Shown here: one piece after another, positions 54,565-64,000 of the stretch
How positions within the stretch are numbered: the stretch's first letter is position 1
How the letters are laid out: each line of letters starts with the position of its first letter
Source of the DNA: Actinomycetaceae bacterium
GTDB taxonomy: Bacteria; Actinomycetota; Actinomycetes; Actinomycetales; Actinomycetaceae
Assembly: GCA_030524055.1 (NCBI GenBank)
Contig: JAUNHH010000005.1
Coordinates: 8,334 to 72,333 of the forward strand
DNA: 64,000 bases
Direction: 5' to 3'
The notes under the pieces: generated by a model
Databases searched by the model: none
What the model was told of the DNA's origin: nothing
The model's input: the letters and a program-made list of their open reading frames with translations, nothing else
Position numbers and translations under genes: made by a program

Positions 54565-57500
54565 CTACAGGCCGCGTGTTGGCCCGTCCCGGCGTGCCCC
54601 GCTGCGGTGACGGTCGTGCTCGATAGGGTCACTGATCTGCCGCTGTCGCTCCAGCACCTGCTGTCGCTGGTTCTCCCGCTCGGCGCGTTTCGTCTCAATC
54701 TGTCGGGCGGCGGCGTTCACGGGCAGCATGCGCAGTTCGTTGGCCTCAGCCCGGGCCAGGGCGGCTCTCGCGCGGGCGTCTTGAACGTTGCGGTGCGGGC
54801 TGATCGTGCTCATACCGAACTGAGCGCGGCGGGCGTGGTCGATCCCGTACTCGCTGACGAGCAACGCCGTGCGTTCCTGCCGGTGCCGCTTCCGCATCGT
54901 TTCGCGGTCGGCGGTGGCGGCTTCGACGGTCTCCGCGGCCTCAGCCACGCGGGGGTCTGCCTCGGCGCGGTTCGCGGCGACCTTGCTTGCCCATTCTGGG
55001 AGACGATCAGGGTTCGCCGGTGTGGTGCCCCACTCGGTTCTGACCTGCCCGCGCAACGTCCGGGTGCGCTCGGTCGCGGCCTGGTGCTCGGTACGGGCTT
55101 TGCGTCTGCCGAACCTGCCTACGGTAGCGAGGCGACCACGGGCGGCGGCCTCGTCTACGACCGCATCGAGGTACGCGGCACCATCGCGCTCAGCCTGCAC
55201 CGTCAGTGGCCGGGTGACCTCAGCACGCACCTGCTCGGCGGCGTCTTCGGCCTTGCGGAGCGCACCAGCGCTCTCGTTGTCTTCGGCTCGATGGGTCGAA
55301 CGTTGAGCGCCGAACCTGGCGGCGATCTGCTCCCACCGTTCCGCTGCCCGTTCCGCTCGTTCGGCTTCGTGGTTGAGGCGGGCGAGTTCTTCGGTGACCA
55401 GTCTCACGGGGCCGTCTGTGACGAATCCGCGCACCGCCTCTCTCGCGGCGCGGATGGCGTGGTCGAGGCCCTGGTCTGCGGGGTCGCGTTCCATCGCCTC
55501 GATGAACTGCGCCCTGGCGTCGGCCATGTCCTCGGCAACGATGTGGAGCCGGTTGGTCTGACGGCCTCGGGTCATGCCGACGTAGACCCCTGCCGCGCTC
55601 GTCGCCTCCGACAGCATCGTGTGCGAACTGCCCACGGTTGCGCCTTGGACGCCATAGGCGGTCGCGGCGTAGGACAGGTGCGCGTGCTCACCCACATACT
55701 CGGCAGGTAGGGTGACGGTGCGGGGGTTCTTGCGCCCGGTGCCGACCTCACGGGCATAGACGGTGCCGTCGTTCTCGACGTGTTGGACGATCCACTGCTG
55801 CCGGTTCGCCACCCCCACATCGCTGTCGTTGCGGCGGGTCTGGATGAGGTCACCCGCTCCGATGCTCAGCCCGTCGCTGCCGGTCGCCGTCACAGTGTCG
55901 TCAACCTCGCCCGCCTCGACACGTCCGGCGCGGATGCGCTCGTTCAACGCGGTGGCTTCATGGTTGGTCGCCACGGTGATCGCCTCGCCCTGGTGGGCGT
56001 GGTCAGTGATGTGCTCGCGAACCCGCTCATCATCAGCGTGCAGTATCACGAGCCCCATGGCGGTGAGTCGGTCGAACACTTCGCCGGGGTTCTCCCGGTC
56101 GCGCATCGTCAACGTGAGTGCCGCGTACTCTGCGTCAGTGAACCGGTGGAGTTCGGTCATGTCGTAGGTGCGGCCCCTGATCTGCGCGGCCATGTCGAGC
56201 ACCCCGCCCCGGCCGACGGCGGGGAGTTGTGCGCGGTCGCCGACGAACGCGATGGTTGCGCCTGCCTCGGCGGCGATGGTGAGGAGTGCGTGGGCGGTGT
56301 CTTGGTCGAGCATCCCGGCCTCGTCCACAATCACCCGCTCACCCCACGACAGCACAGCATCGCGAGCGGGGCCGGTGAAGGTGCTCCCGGTGCCGGGGTC
56401 GGTGTCGCCGGGTGCGAGGCGCACCCAAAGGCCATCGGAGTTCCAGCGCCATCCGTGCGCGTGCACGAGCGCTGCAACACTCGTGGCGGGAACGCCGAGT
56501 TCTTCGTGTGCGACCTGCGCCGCGCGTAGCGTGGGTGCAACCACCCGCGACGCACGCCCGTGCTCGGCGGCGACGTCGATGGCGGTGCGCAGCATCGTCG
56601 TCTTCCCGCTCCCCGCAGCACCCTCCACGATCACCAACGGATCGGCCGATGCCACCGCCGCCGCAGCCACCGTCTGCCCCTCATCCAGCCACGCCCTGAG
56701 CGCAGCCTCGATCACGTCCGGATGCTCCGGTTCATGCTCCGGCACAGCCGCGGCCAGGCGGTCGCGGAGCGCGGTCTCGGCGGCGACCACGGTGAGGCTG
56801 GTCAGGTGCGCGACATGCTCCGGCGTTGCGGCCTCCGGCGGGAGCACGGAGAAGCAATCCGCGACCGCAAGGTCGGTCGCTATCGCGATGAACTCGCGCA
56901 ACTCAGCGGGGGTTGCTTGCACGCCGTGTTCAGTGGTGATGCGGGTGACATGCTCCTGCACCGTGTGTGTCGTCCATGCCGATGATGCGGCGGCGCAGCG
57001 ATCCAGCGCCCGCGATGCAACCTCCTGCACCGCAAGATCATCCACCCGCACCGGGCGCCGCACGGTGCTGCGTCGAGGTGCAGCGGGGTTGTATCCGGCG
57101 TCGGTGAGTTCTTGCGCCCACCACTGCTCGTTCTTCAGATCAGCGGGCTGCTTCCCGGGCCGCTGGTGCGTCCAGGCGATGCCCTGCAACCTGGCCGTCA
57201 TCACCGGGCCGAGCACTTCGCCGGGATGCGCCGCTTCCCATTCGGCTTCGAGACGGTCAAGGTTGCGCCTGATCTGCGCCGACCGCTTCGACATCACCCC
57301 ATTGAACGGCTGCAACTCCGCCACCTCACCGGAGACGGGATCGAGGGTCAGGCCATGCTCCGCGAGGGTCTGTGTGAGGTGCGGGTGTGCGGCGATGACC
57401 GCGGTGCCGAGGGCGCGGATCGCGCCCTGCTGCTTGAACAACGCCGCAGTATCGAGCGCCCGCCATTTCCCAGCCGCCCACACCCGAGTACCGATCTGCA

Positions 57501-58020
57501 TATGGATATGCCGGTGAGGATCGCCCGCCCGCGATGTCTTGTGCCGGATGCCGACGACCTGCATCTGCTCGATAGGGATGACTTCTCGCGCGTCGCGCGG
57601 CCCGACTCTCGTGACGGAGTGCTGGCCGAGCCACCGCCGAATCTCCGCCAGAGCGTCCTGCTGAGCCTGATCGAGAGCGGCGGAGACTTTGGGGTGGAGG
57701 GCGGCGGCAACCGACAAGCTCTTGGGCGCGTTGATCGTCATTTCCGCAAACAACGGCGACCCCTTCGACCCCTCGCCGGGCTTGCGTGGGGTGCCCATCA
57801 ACTCGCCCGCGATCGGGTCTGTCCAGTCCACCCACCCCTCATACTCCTCGGCGGTCAGGGAACGGGTAACCGTCACCTCGCCGTGGGCGTCGAGCACCGC
57901 GTACTCGGCGACGGCGTTGTCCGCGCCAAGATAGTACTCGTCGGCGCGGGAGCGGTCGGCCTCGACATAGCGGCGCGCGGCAGCACCGCTACCGCGGAAC
58001 AGGATCACGCCGCCCTTCAT
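54565..58020 (-). CDS. traA: MobF-family conjugative relaxase TraA (TrwC-type relaxase + RecD-like helicase)
   Basis: 1151 aa; N-terminal relaxase domain with the His triad (…DPHRHIHMQIG…); central helicase with Walker A GAAGSGKTT and …VIVDEAGMLDQ…; strong RBS GAGAGGAGG upstream of the ATG at 58020. Confidence 0.85.
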   Translation of the reverse strand: MKGGVILFRGSGAAARRYVEADRSRADEYYLGADNAVAEYAVLDAHGEVTVTRSLTAEEYEGWVDWTDPIAGELMGTPRKPGEGSKGSPLFAEMTINAPKSLSVAAALHPKVSAALDQAQQDALAEIRRWLGQHSVTRVGPRDAREVIPIEQMQVVGIRHKTSRAGDPHRHIHMQIGTRVWAAGKWRALDTAALFKQQGAIRALGTAVIAAHPHLTQTLAEHGLTLDPVSGEVAELQPFNGVMSKRSAQIRRNLDRLEAEWEAAHPGEVLGPVMTARLQGIAWTHQRPGKQPADLKNEQWWAQELTDAGYNPAAPRRSTVRRPVRVDDLAVQEVASRALDRCAAASSAWTTHTVQEHVTRITTEHGVQATPAELREFIAIATDLAVADCFSVLPPEAATPEHVAHLTSLTVVAAETALRDRLAAAVPEHEPEHPDVIEAALRAWLDEGQTVAAAAVASADPLVIVEGAAGSGKTTMLRTAIDVAAEHGRASRVVAPTLRAAQVAHEELGVPATSVAALVHAHGWRWNSDGLWVRLAPGDTDPGTGSTFTGPARDAVLSWGERVIVDEAGMLDQDTAHALLTIAAEAGATIAFVGDRAQLPAVGRGGVLDMAAQIRGRTYDMTELHRFTDAEYAALTLTMRDRENPGEVFDRLTAMGLVILHADDERVREHITDHAHQGEAITVATNHEATALNERIRAGRVEAGEVDDTVTATGSDGLSIGAGDLIQTRRNDSDVGVANRQQWIVQHVENDGTVYAREVGTGRKNPRTVTLPAEYVGEHAHLSYAATAYGVQGATVGSSHTMLSEATSAAGVYVGMTRGRQTNRLHIVAEDMADARAQFIEAMERDPADQGLDHAIRAAREAVRGFVTDGPVRLVTEELARLNHEAERAERAAERWEQIAARFGAQRSTHRAEDNESAGALRKAEDAAEQVRAEVTRPLTVQAERDGAAYLDAVVDEAAARGRLATVGRFGRRKARTEHQAATERTRTLRGQVRTEWGTTPANPDRLPEWASKVAANRAEADPRVAEAAETVEAATADRETMRKRHRQERTALLVSEYGIDHARRAQFGMSTISPHRNVQDARARAALARAEANELRMLPVNAAARQIETKRAERENQRQQVLERQRQISDPIEHDRHRSGARRDGPTRGL

Positions 58021-58146
58021 CTGGGCCTCCTCTCATGAGTCGTCTCATGAGGGAGGTGTGCACCACGGCCCCGCCGTGGCATACGTGCATCACTGTGTAT
58101 CACTGTGTTAGGGGCAGAGACGGAGTGCGGTGGGGGCGCAGCATGA
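58021..58146. promoter_or_regulatory. Candidate oriT / traA promoter region
   Basis: Immediately upstream of traA: two copies of the self-complementary octamer CTCATGAG (CTCATGAGtcgtCTCATGAG) and a tandem direct repeat ATCACTGTGT-ATCACTGTGT. MobF oriTs typically lie next to the relaxase gene and contain inverted repeats near the nic site. Confidence 0.35.
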
Positions 58147-58224
58147 GTGGTAGCGCGCTCTGCGTGGGGTACTGAGTTCGATGGTTTTGTATTCGTAGAT
58201 ACAGAACCTGGTAGGGTCGTTGCT

Positions 58225-58827
58225 ATGGCGAGACCGCGAGCGTTCGATGAGACGGCAGTGCTCGACGCCGCTGCCGCGCAGTTCCGGGTGCACGGCTTCG
58301 CCGATACCTCGACCGCGCAGTTGTGCAAGGCGGCGGGGGTACGGCGCAGCAGCCTCTACAACACCTTCACGTCCAAGGATGAACTGTTCGTACGAGCACT
58401 GGAGCGTTACGTTGAGACCACGGGCGCGGCGCAGGCTGAGGTTTTGGAGGACGCCGACCTCGACGGTATGGCTCGGTTGCGCGGAGTGCTCGACCTCATC
58501 TTGGGCGAGGAGGTCGCCGCCGCCCGTAACGGGCACGCCGCGGGGTGCATGGTTGTCGCCTCACGGATGACTCCTGACCTCGAAGAGCGAGACGGGCGGG
58601 TGAAGCGCATCCTGGACCGTAGCCTGGATCGGCAGGTTTCCCTGCTCGCGCATGCGGTCGAGGTCGGTCAGCGTGACGGCTCCGTGCGTTTGGGCATCTC
58701 GGCCCGCGATGCCGCGCTGCTGGTGGTGTCGATCATCTCCGGCATTCGCGTCCTCGCCCAGGCCGGATCGCAGCCGGACGAGCTACGTCGCGTCGCCGCA
58801 CTCGCCCTCGACGCCCTACGTCCCTAA
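58225..58827 (+). CDS. TetR/AcrR-family transcriptional regulator
   Basis: N-terminal HTH (…TSTAQLCKAAGVRRSSLYNTFTSKDELFV…); start at internal ATG 58225 (the track ORF starts at 58147); precedes an MFS efflux gene. Confidence 0.8.
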   Translation: MARPRAFDETAVLDAAAAQFRVHGFADTSTAQLCKAAGVRRSSLYNTFTSKDELFVRALERYVETTGAAQAEVLEDADLDGMARLRGVLDLILGEEVAAARNGHAAGCMVVASRMTPDLEERDGRVKRILDRSLDRQVSLLAHAVEVGQRDGSVRLGISARDAALLVVSIISGIRVLAQAGSQPDELRRVAALALDALRP

Positions 58828-58904
58828 CATCTCACCCGCGTGCCGCTGGTGAGGGCGATCTCTTTGCCCCCATTTTGTATCTCATAATCCAGAAAGGTTC
58901 ACCG

Positions 58905-60113
58905 GTGAAGAAGTACCTCTACCTGCTGATGGTCACGATCATGGTCACCGTCATGAGCGAGCTCCAGGTTGCGGGCATGATGCCCGCGATCGCCGCCGAC
59001 CTGAACGTGACCACCGGGCAGGTCGGCGCGCTCGTCTCTGTCTACGCCGCGGGCATGGCCATCGGCGGGCCGCTGTTCGCCTGGTTCCTGCGCCACAGCC
59101 CACCCAAGGGAGCGCTGCTGACCATCGTCGCCCTGTACGCGGCCGCGCAGGTGCTCGTGCCCGTGATCGACGCCTACTGGTGGGTCGCGCTGATCCGCAT
59201 CATCACCGGCGCCGTCGCGGGCGCCTCCTTCGGCCTGTCGGTCACGTACGGTGCGCTGCTGGCCGAGAGCCCGCAGAAGATCGGCGAAGCCGTGTCGATC
59301 GTGCTCGGGGGCATCATGGTCGGCACCGTGCTCGGCCTCCCGACATCACACTTCATCGCCGACCGGTGGGGCTGGCAGTCCAACTTCTACGTCCTCGGCG
59401 CGCTCGCCTTCCTGCTCTTCCTGGCCAGCGTGGCGATCCTCCCCAAACGGGACGCGGCCACCCAGGACGCCGCCGCGCAGGACGTGCGGAACCTCCGCCT
59501 GCCGCGCCTGTGGGCGAGATACCTGGTCAGCCTGCTCACCATCGGCGCGGCCTACGCCTCGTTCTCCTACTTCACCCCGCTGCTGGAACAGAGCGCCGGA
59601 TTCAGCACGAATCAGACCACGATCATCCTGCTCGCCTACGGCATCTGCGCCTACATCGGGAACCTGATCGTCGGGAAGTTCGCCGACAAGCACGCAGTGG
59701 CCGTCCTGCGCAGCGGACACGGCCTGCTGTTCGTCTCCCTCGCACTACTGGCCGCGTTCGGACACGTCCAGCCGGTCGTGCTGGTCATGGTCATCGTCGT
59801 GGGCTTCGTCGGCGTCACCATGAACCCCGCCCTCGTCACCCGGGTCGCCGAGGTCGGCGGTGCGGGAACCATGGTCAGCACCTTCCACACCGCCGTCATC
59901 TCTGCCGGCGTTACGCTCGGGTCCGCGGTCAGCGCCGTCACGATCAGCATGTTCGGCGACGACCCCGCCATCGCCATGTGGACAGGCGCCACCCTCGCCG
60001 TCCTTGCCGCAATCGTACTTTCCACCCAGACTCGCCCGCGTCACAGCAGGATCGAGCGCGCCGCGGTCGCTGCCGGGCGGGGTGAAGACAGATCATGGCC
60101 GAACCGCTCGTAG
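58905..60113 (+). CDS. MFS efflux transporter (12-TMS, DHA1/Bcr-CflA-like)
   Basis: GTG start 58905 with GAAAGG 8 nt upstream; 12 predicted TM helices with MFS motif-A-like loops. Confidence 0.8.
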   Translation: MKKYLYLLMVTIMVTVMSELQVAGMMPAIAADLNVTTGQVGALVSVYAAGMAIGGPLFAWFLRHSPPKGALLTIVALYAAAQVLVPVIDAYWWVALIRIITGAVAGASFGLSVTYGALLAESPQKIGEAVSIVLGGIMVGTVLGLPTSHFIADRWGWQSNFYVLGALAFLLFLASVAILPKRDAATQDAAAQDVRNLRLPRLWARYLVSLLTIGAAYASFSYFTPLLEQSAGFSTNQTTIILLAYGICAYIGNLIVGKFADKHAVAVLRSGHGLLFVSLALLAAFGHVQPVVLVMVIVVGFVGVTMNPALVTRVAEVGGAGTMVSTFHTAVISAGVTLGSAVSAVTISMFGDDPAIAMWTGATLAVLAAIVLSTQTRPRHSRIERAAVAAGRGEDRSWPNRS

Positions 60114-60285
60114 CGTCCACGACTTCCCCAACACGGTCCGTCGCGTGTCCAGTTGAAGATGAGGCCGATGAGTCTGGGGAACCGGTTCTTAAGGTCATCG
60201 AGGCGGGCGCGGCTTCTTCCAGGAAGGTCCGCACCTCGTGATCCGCGTAGCCAGCTCGTCACGCGGGGCGATACTCGCGCCCTGA

Positions 60286-61125
60286 CTACAGAAGCCGCAC
60301 CGCGTCCCGTGAGGTGTTGTCGCGAGGCGTGTAAATCTCCAGGCGGTGGTCGGGGCTGTCGGGTTGCAGCCAGACCTGGTAGTCGATGTTCACGGCGCCG
60401 ATGGTGGGGTGTTGAAGGTTCATCGGGCCGCTGGTGCAGTCGGCGACCTCGCCGGTGGCCCAGATCGTGCTGAATTCGCGGCTGTGCATGCTGAGTTCCC
60501 CGATCAGCTCGGCGAGCTTCGCGTCGTCGGGGTAACGGCCGGAGGTGAGTCGGAGGTAGCCGATGTGAATGCGGGCGAGTTCATCCCAGTTCCGGTACAG
60601 GTCACGGTGCAGTGGGTCGAGGAAAAACATGCGCGGGATGGAGGGCCGCGTGTGCGGATGCGTCGGGGCTTCGTAGTCGAGATGCTCCGCCATGAGTGCG
60701 TGTCCGGTGCGGTTCCAGGCAAGCACGTCGCCGCGTCTGCCGAGCACGATCGCGGGCACGCTTTCACCCAGTGAGGACAACAGCGCCGACACGCGTGGGG
60801 CTAGGACCTCCGGTTCGGGCGGGCTGAGACGTGACAGGCCGGAGCGGTGAGCGAGGTTGTGCAAGTGCGTCGTCTCGGCATCGTCGAGCTGGAGCACGCG
60901 GGCGAGCGCGTCAAGCACTTGCGGTGAGGCGGTGCCGGATTGGTCTTGCTCCAGACGGGTGTAGTAGCCGACGGAGACTCCAGCGAGGTGTGCGAGTTCT
61001 TCCCGCCGTAGGCCCGGAACGCGGCGGACGGTGCCGTAGGTGCGCAGTCCGGCGTCTTCTGGGGTCACGCGGTCGCGGCGGGTTTTGAGAAACACCCCCA
61101 GGGTCTCGGTGCGCATGTTCTCCAT
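60286..61125 (-). CDS. XRE-family HTH regulator with MmyB-like C-terminal domain
   Basis: MENMRTETLGVFLKTRRDRVTPEDAGL…GLRREELAHLAGVSVGYYTRLEQ is the HTH_XRE of MmyB-like regulators; divergent from an MFS exporter. Start at internal ATG 61125; the track ORF extends to 61215. Confidence 0.7.
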   Translation of the reverse strand: MENMRTETLGVFLKTRRDRVTPEDAGLRTYGTVRRVPGLRREELAHLAGVSVGYYTRLEQDQSGTASPQVLDALARVLQLDDAETTHLHNLAHRSGLSRLSPPEPEVLAPRVSALLSSLGESVPAIVLGRRGDVLAWNRTGHALMAEHLDYEAPTHPHTRPSIPRMFFLDPLHRDLYRNWDELARIHIGYLRLTSGRYPDDAKLAELIGELSMHSREFSTIWATGEVADCTSGPMNLQHPTIGAVNIDYQVWLQPDSPDHRLEIYTPRDNTSRDAVRLL

Positions 61126-61204
61126 GCTAGCCAGGCGTTCTCTGACGTTCCTGCACCTGCCAGGTGTACCCATCGCAGGGGTCTGGCTACCGCTGGGTGG
61201 ACTG

Positions 61205-62740
61205 ATGACGATCAAACACGTGAACGATCAAGCGCATAACTCAGCCCCTGATACTCCCGCCCCGATAGCGCCGCGAGAGGTGAAGGCAGGGCCGCGTGCA
61301 TGGCTCGGCCTACTGGTGGTGCTCGGCCCAGTGCTACTGGTGTCGATGGACGGCTCGATGCTGTTCCTGACGATGCCGACGATCACTCACGCGCTCGCTC
61401 CCACCGCCGATCAAGCTCTCTGGATTCTTGACATCTACGGTTTCGTGGTCGGCTCACTCCTGATCGCGTTCGGAAACCTCGGCGACAGATTCGGCAGGCT
61501 GAAACTGTTGATGCTCGGAGCGACCGTGTTCGGTCTCGGTTCCGCCGGGGCAGCGCTATCGACCTCACCGGAATGGCTCATCGGGTTCCGTGCCCTTATG
61601 GGCCTTGGCGGAGCCACCCTGCTCCCATCCGGGCTCGCAGTGCTCAGCGAGCTGTTCGAGAACCCGCGCCAACGGTCCCAAGCTATCGGGATCTTCGCCG
61701 CGACCTTCGCTACAGGCTTCGCTATCGGCCCGATCATCGGTGGGCTGTTGCTGAGCCGCTTCGACTGGGGAGCAGTCTTCCTCATCAACTTGCCCGTCGT
61801 CGTGATCTTCCTGGCCGCAGCCCCGTTCGTGCTCCGCGAGGTCAAGGCCACCCGCCCCGGCAAGGTCGATCTGCTCAGCATCATCCTCTCCGCAGGCGGG
61901 CTGCTCGCGGCCGTGTACGCCATCAAGGAGCTCGCCGCCTACGGCCCTTCCTGGCCCGTCGCAGTTCTGGGAATCGGCGGTGTGCTGGTACTCACCTGGT
62001 TCATCCGCCGCCAGCAGAAACTCGAATACCCACTGGTGGACGTGACCCTGTTCCGGGAGAAAGTCTTCACCGTCGCGATCATCACCGGCGTCCTCTCCTT
62101 GTTCGCCTGGTCAGCCGCCGCCTACCTCACCGGCATCTACCTCCAATCCGTCCTCGACCTGCCCGTGCTCACAGCGGCACTGCTCGCCCTCCCCGGGGCG
62201 GCGGTACTCACCACCGTGTGCATCTTCACCCCCAAGCTCGTCGAACGCATCGGTGGACGTGCCGCACTCGTCCTGTGCCACTTCTCAATGGCGGTAGGAC
62301 TCGCGTTGCTGCTCGCGACCACGGTCACCAGCGGAATCGGCTGGTTCATCGCCTCCACCGTTGTTGCTGGAGTCGGCTACGGCATCTCGTTCGCGCTGGT
62401 CGCTGACACCGCTGTCTCCGCCGTCCCAGCCAACCGGGCAGGATCGGCCGGGGCCATCGCAGAAACGTCCAACGAAATCGGCAACGCCCTCGGCATTGCC
62501 CTCCTCGGCTCCACCGCGGCACTCATCTTCAGGATCGCAGGCCCCGACCTCGCTCCAACCCTGGATGAAACCCTCGACCTCAACATCACCACCGGACTGA
62601 TCGACCAGGCCAAGTCAGCATTCACCACCGGCCTGCATGTAGCCGTGGGTATCGCTGCCGCCCTCAGCGCGGCACTCGGGGCCCTCGCGCTGCGCTGGAT
62701 ACCCAAACCCGGCAACACCGGGTCAGGAAACTCGGACTGA
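61205..62740 (+). CDS. DHA2-family (14-TMS) MFS drug:H+ antiporter
   Basis: Start MTIKHVNDQ… at the internal ATG (the track ORF from 61040 overlaps the divergent regulator); 14 predicted TM segments, DHA2-like motifs (…GNLGDRFGRLKLLMLG…). Confidence 0.8.
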   Translation: MTIKHVNDQAHNSAPDTPAPIAPREVKAGPRAWLGLLVVLGPVLLVSMDGSMLFLTMPTITHALAPTADQALWILDIYGFVVGSLLIAFGNLGDRFGRLKLLMLGATVFGLGSAGAALSTSPEWLIGFRALMGLGGATLLPSGLAVLSELFENPRQRSQAIGIFAATFATGFAIGPIIGGLLLSRFDWGAVFLINLPVVVIFLAAAPFVLREVKATRPGKVDLLSIILSAGGLLAAVYAIKELAAYGPSWPVAVLGIGGVLVLTWFIRRQQKLEYPLVDVTLFREKVFTVAIITGVLSLFAWSAAAYLTGIYLQSVLDLPVLTAALLALPGAAVLTTVCIFTPKLVERIGGRAALVLCHFSMAVGLALLLATTVTSGIGWFIASTVVAGVGYGISFALVADTAVSAVPANRAGSAGAIAETSNEIGNALGIALLGSTAALIFRIAGPDLAPTLDETLDLNITTGLIDQAKSAFTTGLHVAVGIAAALSAALGALALRWIPKPGNTGSGNSD

Positions 62741-62898
62741 AGCCCCGTACGCCACTGCTCGTGGCGTACGCCATTACGCCGGTCCTCTGGTGACGTTCAC
62801 TGCACTAGCGCGAGGGCTAGGCAACGGGTTTCGAAGCTCGCTTTGGCACAAAGCGGCGTGGGTGCCGGTGGCGCACCTCCCTTTCGGGAGGCGTCATC

Positions 62899-63762
62899 GT
62901 GGACGAGCACCTTATACCCCGCGCAGACGGCGCTACAGGTCCGGCTGGTTCGGCCGACCACGGCTTCGAGAGCCCGGAACGGCTACGCGCCCTGCTCACC
63001 CGTTTACAGGACGCTGGGCCGGGCGCGCGGCGGGGTGACCGTGAAGCGACAGAACTCATGCGCTACACCGCCATCAAGTACCGTCCGCTCGCGCGGAAGC
63101 ACGGGCTGGACCCCTGGGAGGTCGCGTCGGCCGCGTTCGAGGTGATGCTCGCGCCTTCGACGCGCAACGCTAGCAATCCGTGGGCGGTGGTCACCCGCGC
63201 GGTGCAGATCACCTGTCACGCTGAGGCTCGTGCCGCTGGGATGCTGACCTCGGCCAGCAAGGTGCGTCACACCACTCGGATCGTTGGGTTCCATGATGCC
63301 GTGCGGTTCTCCGAGCGAGAGCGCTTGGCCGACTATCACCCCGCGTTCACGCACCACGATGACGGCGACGCGGACGAGAGCGCACAAGAGCCGCGGGTGG
63401 CCGCTCTGCTGTCTGCCACGGTCGCGCTGTTCGAGTCCGCGGGCTGGGATACCGCGCTGGTCGGCGAGTGCGTGGAGCATGTGGCCTACCGGCTTGCCGA
63501 TCTGTCATCACGATCCCGAGCGGTCGAGGTGCTGCGACGTGACCACACAACCCCGATGCTGCTCGGTCTGCCGCAGCGGTCCTGGACCGCTCTGCTGAGG
63601 ATCGTCCTGGGACATCCCGCATCGAAACACACCGGAACGCCCACTGGCGACGGCGTACTGCTACGCCTACTGAACGGCGAAACCCTGGACACCCTGCGGA
63701 ACGACGAAGCACTGATCGAGGCGATCCGCGCCGCCTGCCCCGACAAGCACACCGCTCGATGA
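62899..63762 (+). CDS. Hypothetical protein (intact copy of the duplicated island gene)
   Basis: 287 aa, GTG start preceded by GGGAGG; paralogue of the interrupted copy at 47403-48132. Confidence 0.55.
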   Translation: MDEHLIPRADGATGPAGSADHGFESPERLRALLTRLQDAGPGARRGDREATELMRYTAIKYRPLARKHGLDPWEVASAAFEVMLAPSTRNASNPWAVVTRAVQITCHAEARAAGMLTSASKVRHTTRIVGFHDAVRFSERERLADYHPAFTHHDDGDADESAQEPRVAALLSATVALFESAGWDTALVGECVEHVAYRLADLSSRSRAVEVLRRDHTTPMLLGLPQRSWTALLRIVLGHPASKHTGTPTGDGVLLRLLNGETLDTLRNDEALIEAIRAACPDKHTAR

Positions 63763-63792
63763 TTTGGGGGGGCGGAGCTCCGCACCTACCGG

Positions 63793-64000
63793 TATGAGCA
63801 CCCCAATCGTCACCGTCGTCGCCGCGCCGTCAACGTCCCCTGCAAGCTCCACGCTGGGGGCGCGGCTGGCTGCCGTTTCGCGTCAGGCGCAGGGCCTCGA
63901 CCATGCAGTGGATGACCCGGCGGTGCTGGCCGAGCTGCGGGAGTTGTGCAGCGCGCCCAGGCCGACGAGACAGGCAGTGCCCGCGATGCGGGAAGGCCCC
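63793..64000 (+). CDS. Hypothetical protein, 5' part (continues beyond window); paralogue of 48233-48469
   Basis: Open to the window end, so not in the ORF track; MSTPIVTVVAAPSTSP…AVDDPAVLAELRELC…. Confidence 0.3.

Larger units (their letters stand above)
44868..64000. mobile_element. tRNA-Ala-adjacent GC-rich mosaic genomic island / degenerate integrative mobilizable element (extends beyond window end)
   Basis: Begins immediately 3' of tRNA-Ala. Carries a large serine recombinase, a MobF/TraA relaxase plus a truncated second relaxase, thiopeptide-resistance-like tipA/tsr genes, two regulator-efflux pairs and a directly duplicated gene. By eye the GC content is clearly higher (~65-70%) than the upstream core (~55-58%). 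No tyrosine integrase or attR is visible within the window. Confidence 0.55.

Overview
High-GC actinobacterial chromosome segment, Corynebacterium-like. Gene order in the 33.9–39.3 kb stretch (MTHFS, galU, moeA, rimJ, membrane protein) mirrors M. tuberculosis Rv0992c–Rv0996, with mscL nearby. Roughly the first 44.8 kb is core genome. It contains a GntR/ABC pair, lysS, a CPBP protease, a PTS EIICB, a SorC-regulated glpD-glpF-glpK glycerol operon, pspA with a membrane coiled-coil partner, csp, an AzgA-type purine permease, serC, dtxR, a c-di-AMP (ydaO-type) riboswitch ahead of an NlpC/P60 hydrolase, usp, tRNA-Arg(CCT), a 1363-aa helicase-like protein whose ATPase motifs are degenerate, mscL, galU, moeA, rimJ, a penicillin-acylase-family protein and a two-component system. 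Two short-repeat families are scattered through the core: the 13-mer GCCCCGCCCTCGT, often as inverted pairs that form terminator hairpins, and ~145-bp composite palindromic units in tandem arrays at five loci. From tRNA-Ala(CGC) at ~44.8 kb to the window end the sequence is a visibly more GC-rich mosaic mobile island. It carries a TipA-like MerR regulator with a thiostrepton-resistance-type (Tsr/NshR-like) rRNA methyltransferase, a large serine recombinase abutting a truncated relaxase fragment, a full MobF/TraA relaxase with a candidate oriT, two regulator–efflux pairs (TetR+MFS, MmyB-like+DHA2 MFS), and a ~0.9-kb gene present twice in direct orientation, one copy interrupted by a stop codon. 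Inside the island sits a lower-GC, translationally coupled module of four ORFs (hypothetical, classic AAA+ ATPase, small ORF, hypothetical) that I cannot assign to any named system. It is the best candidate here for an undescribed accessory or defence system. Refined starts were derived by codon counting from the supplied ORF track. Hand-indexed non-CDS coordinates may be off by 1–2 nt.
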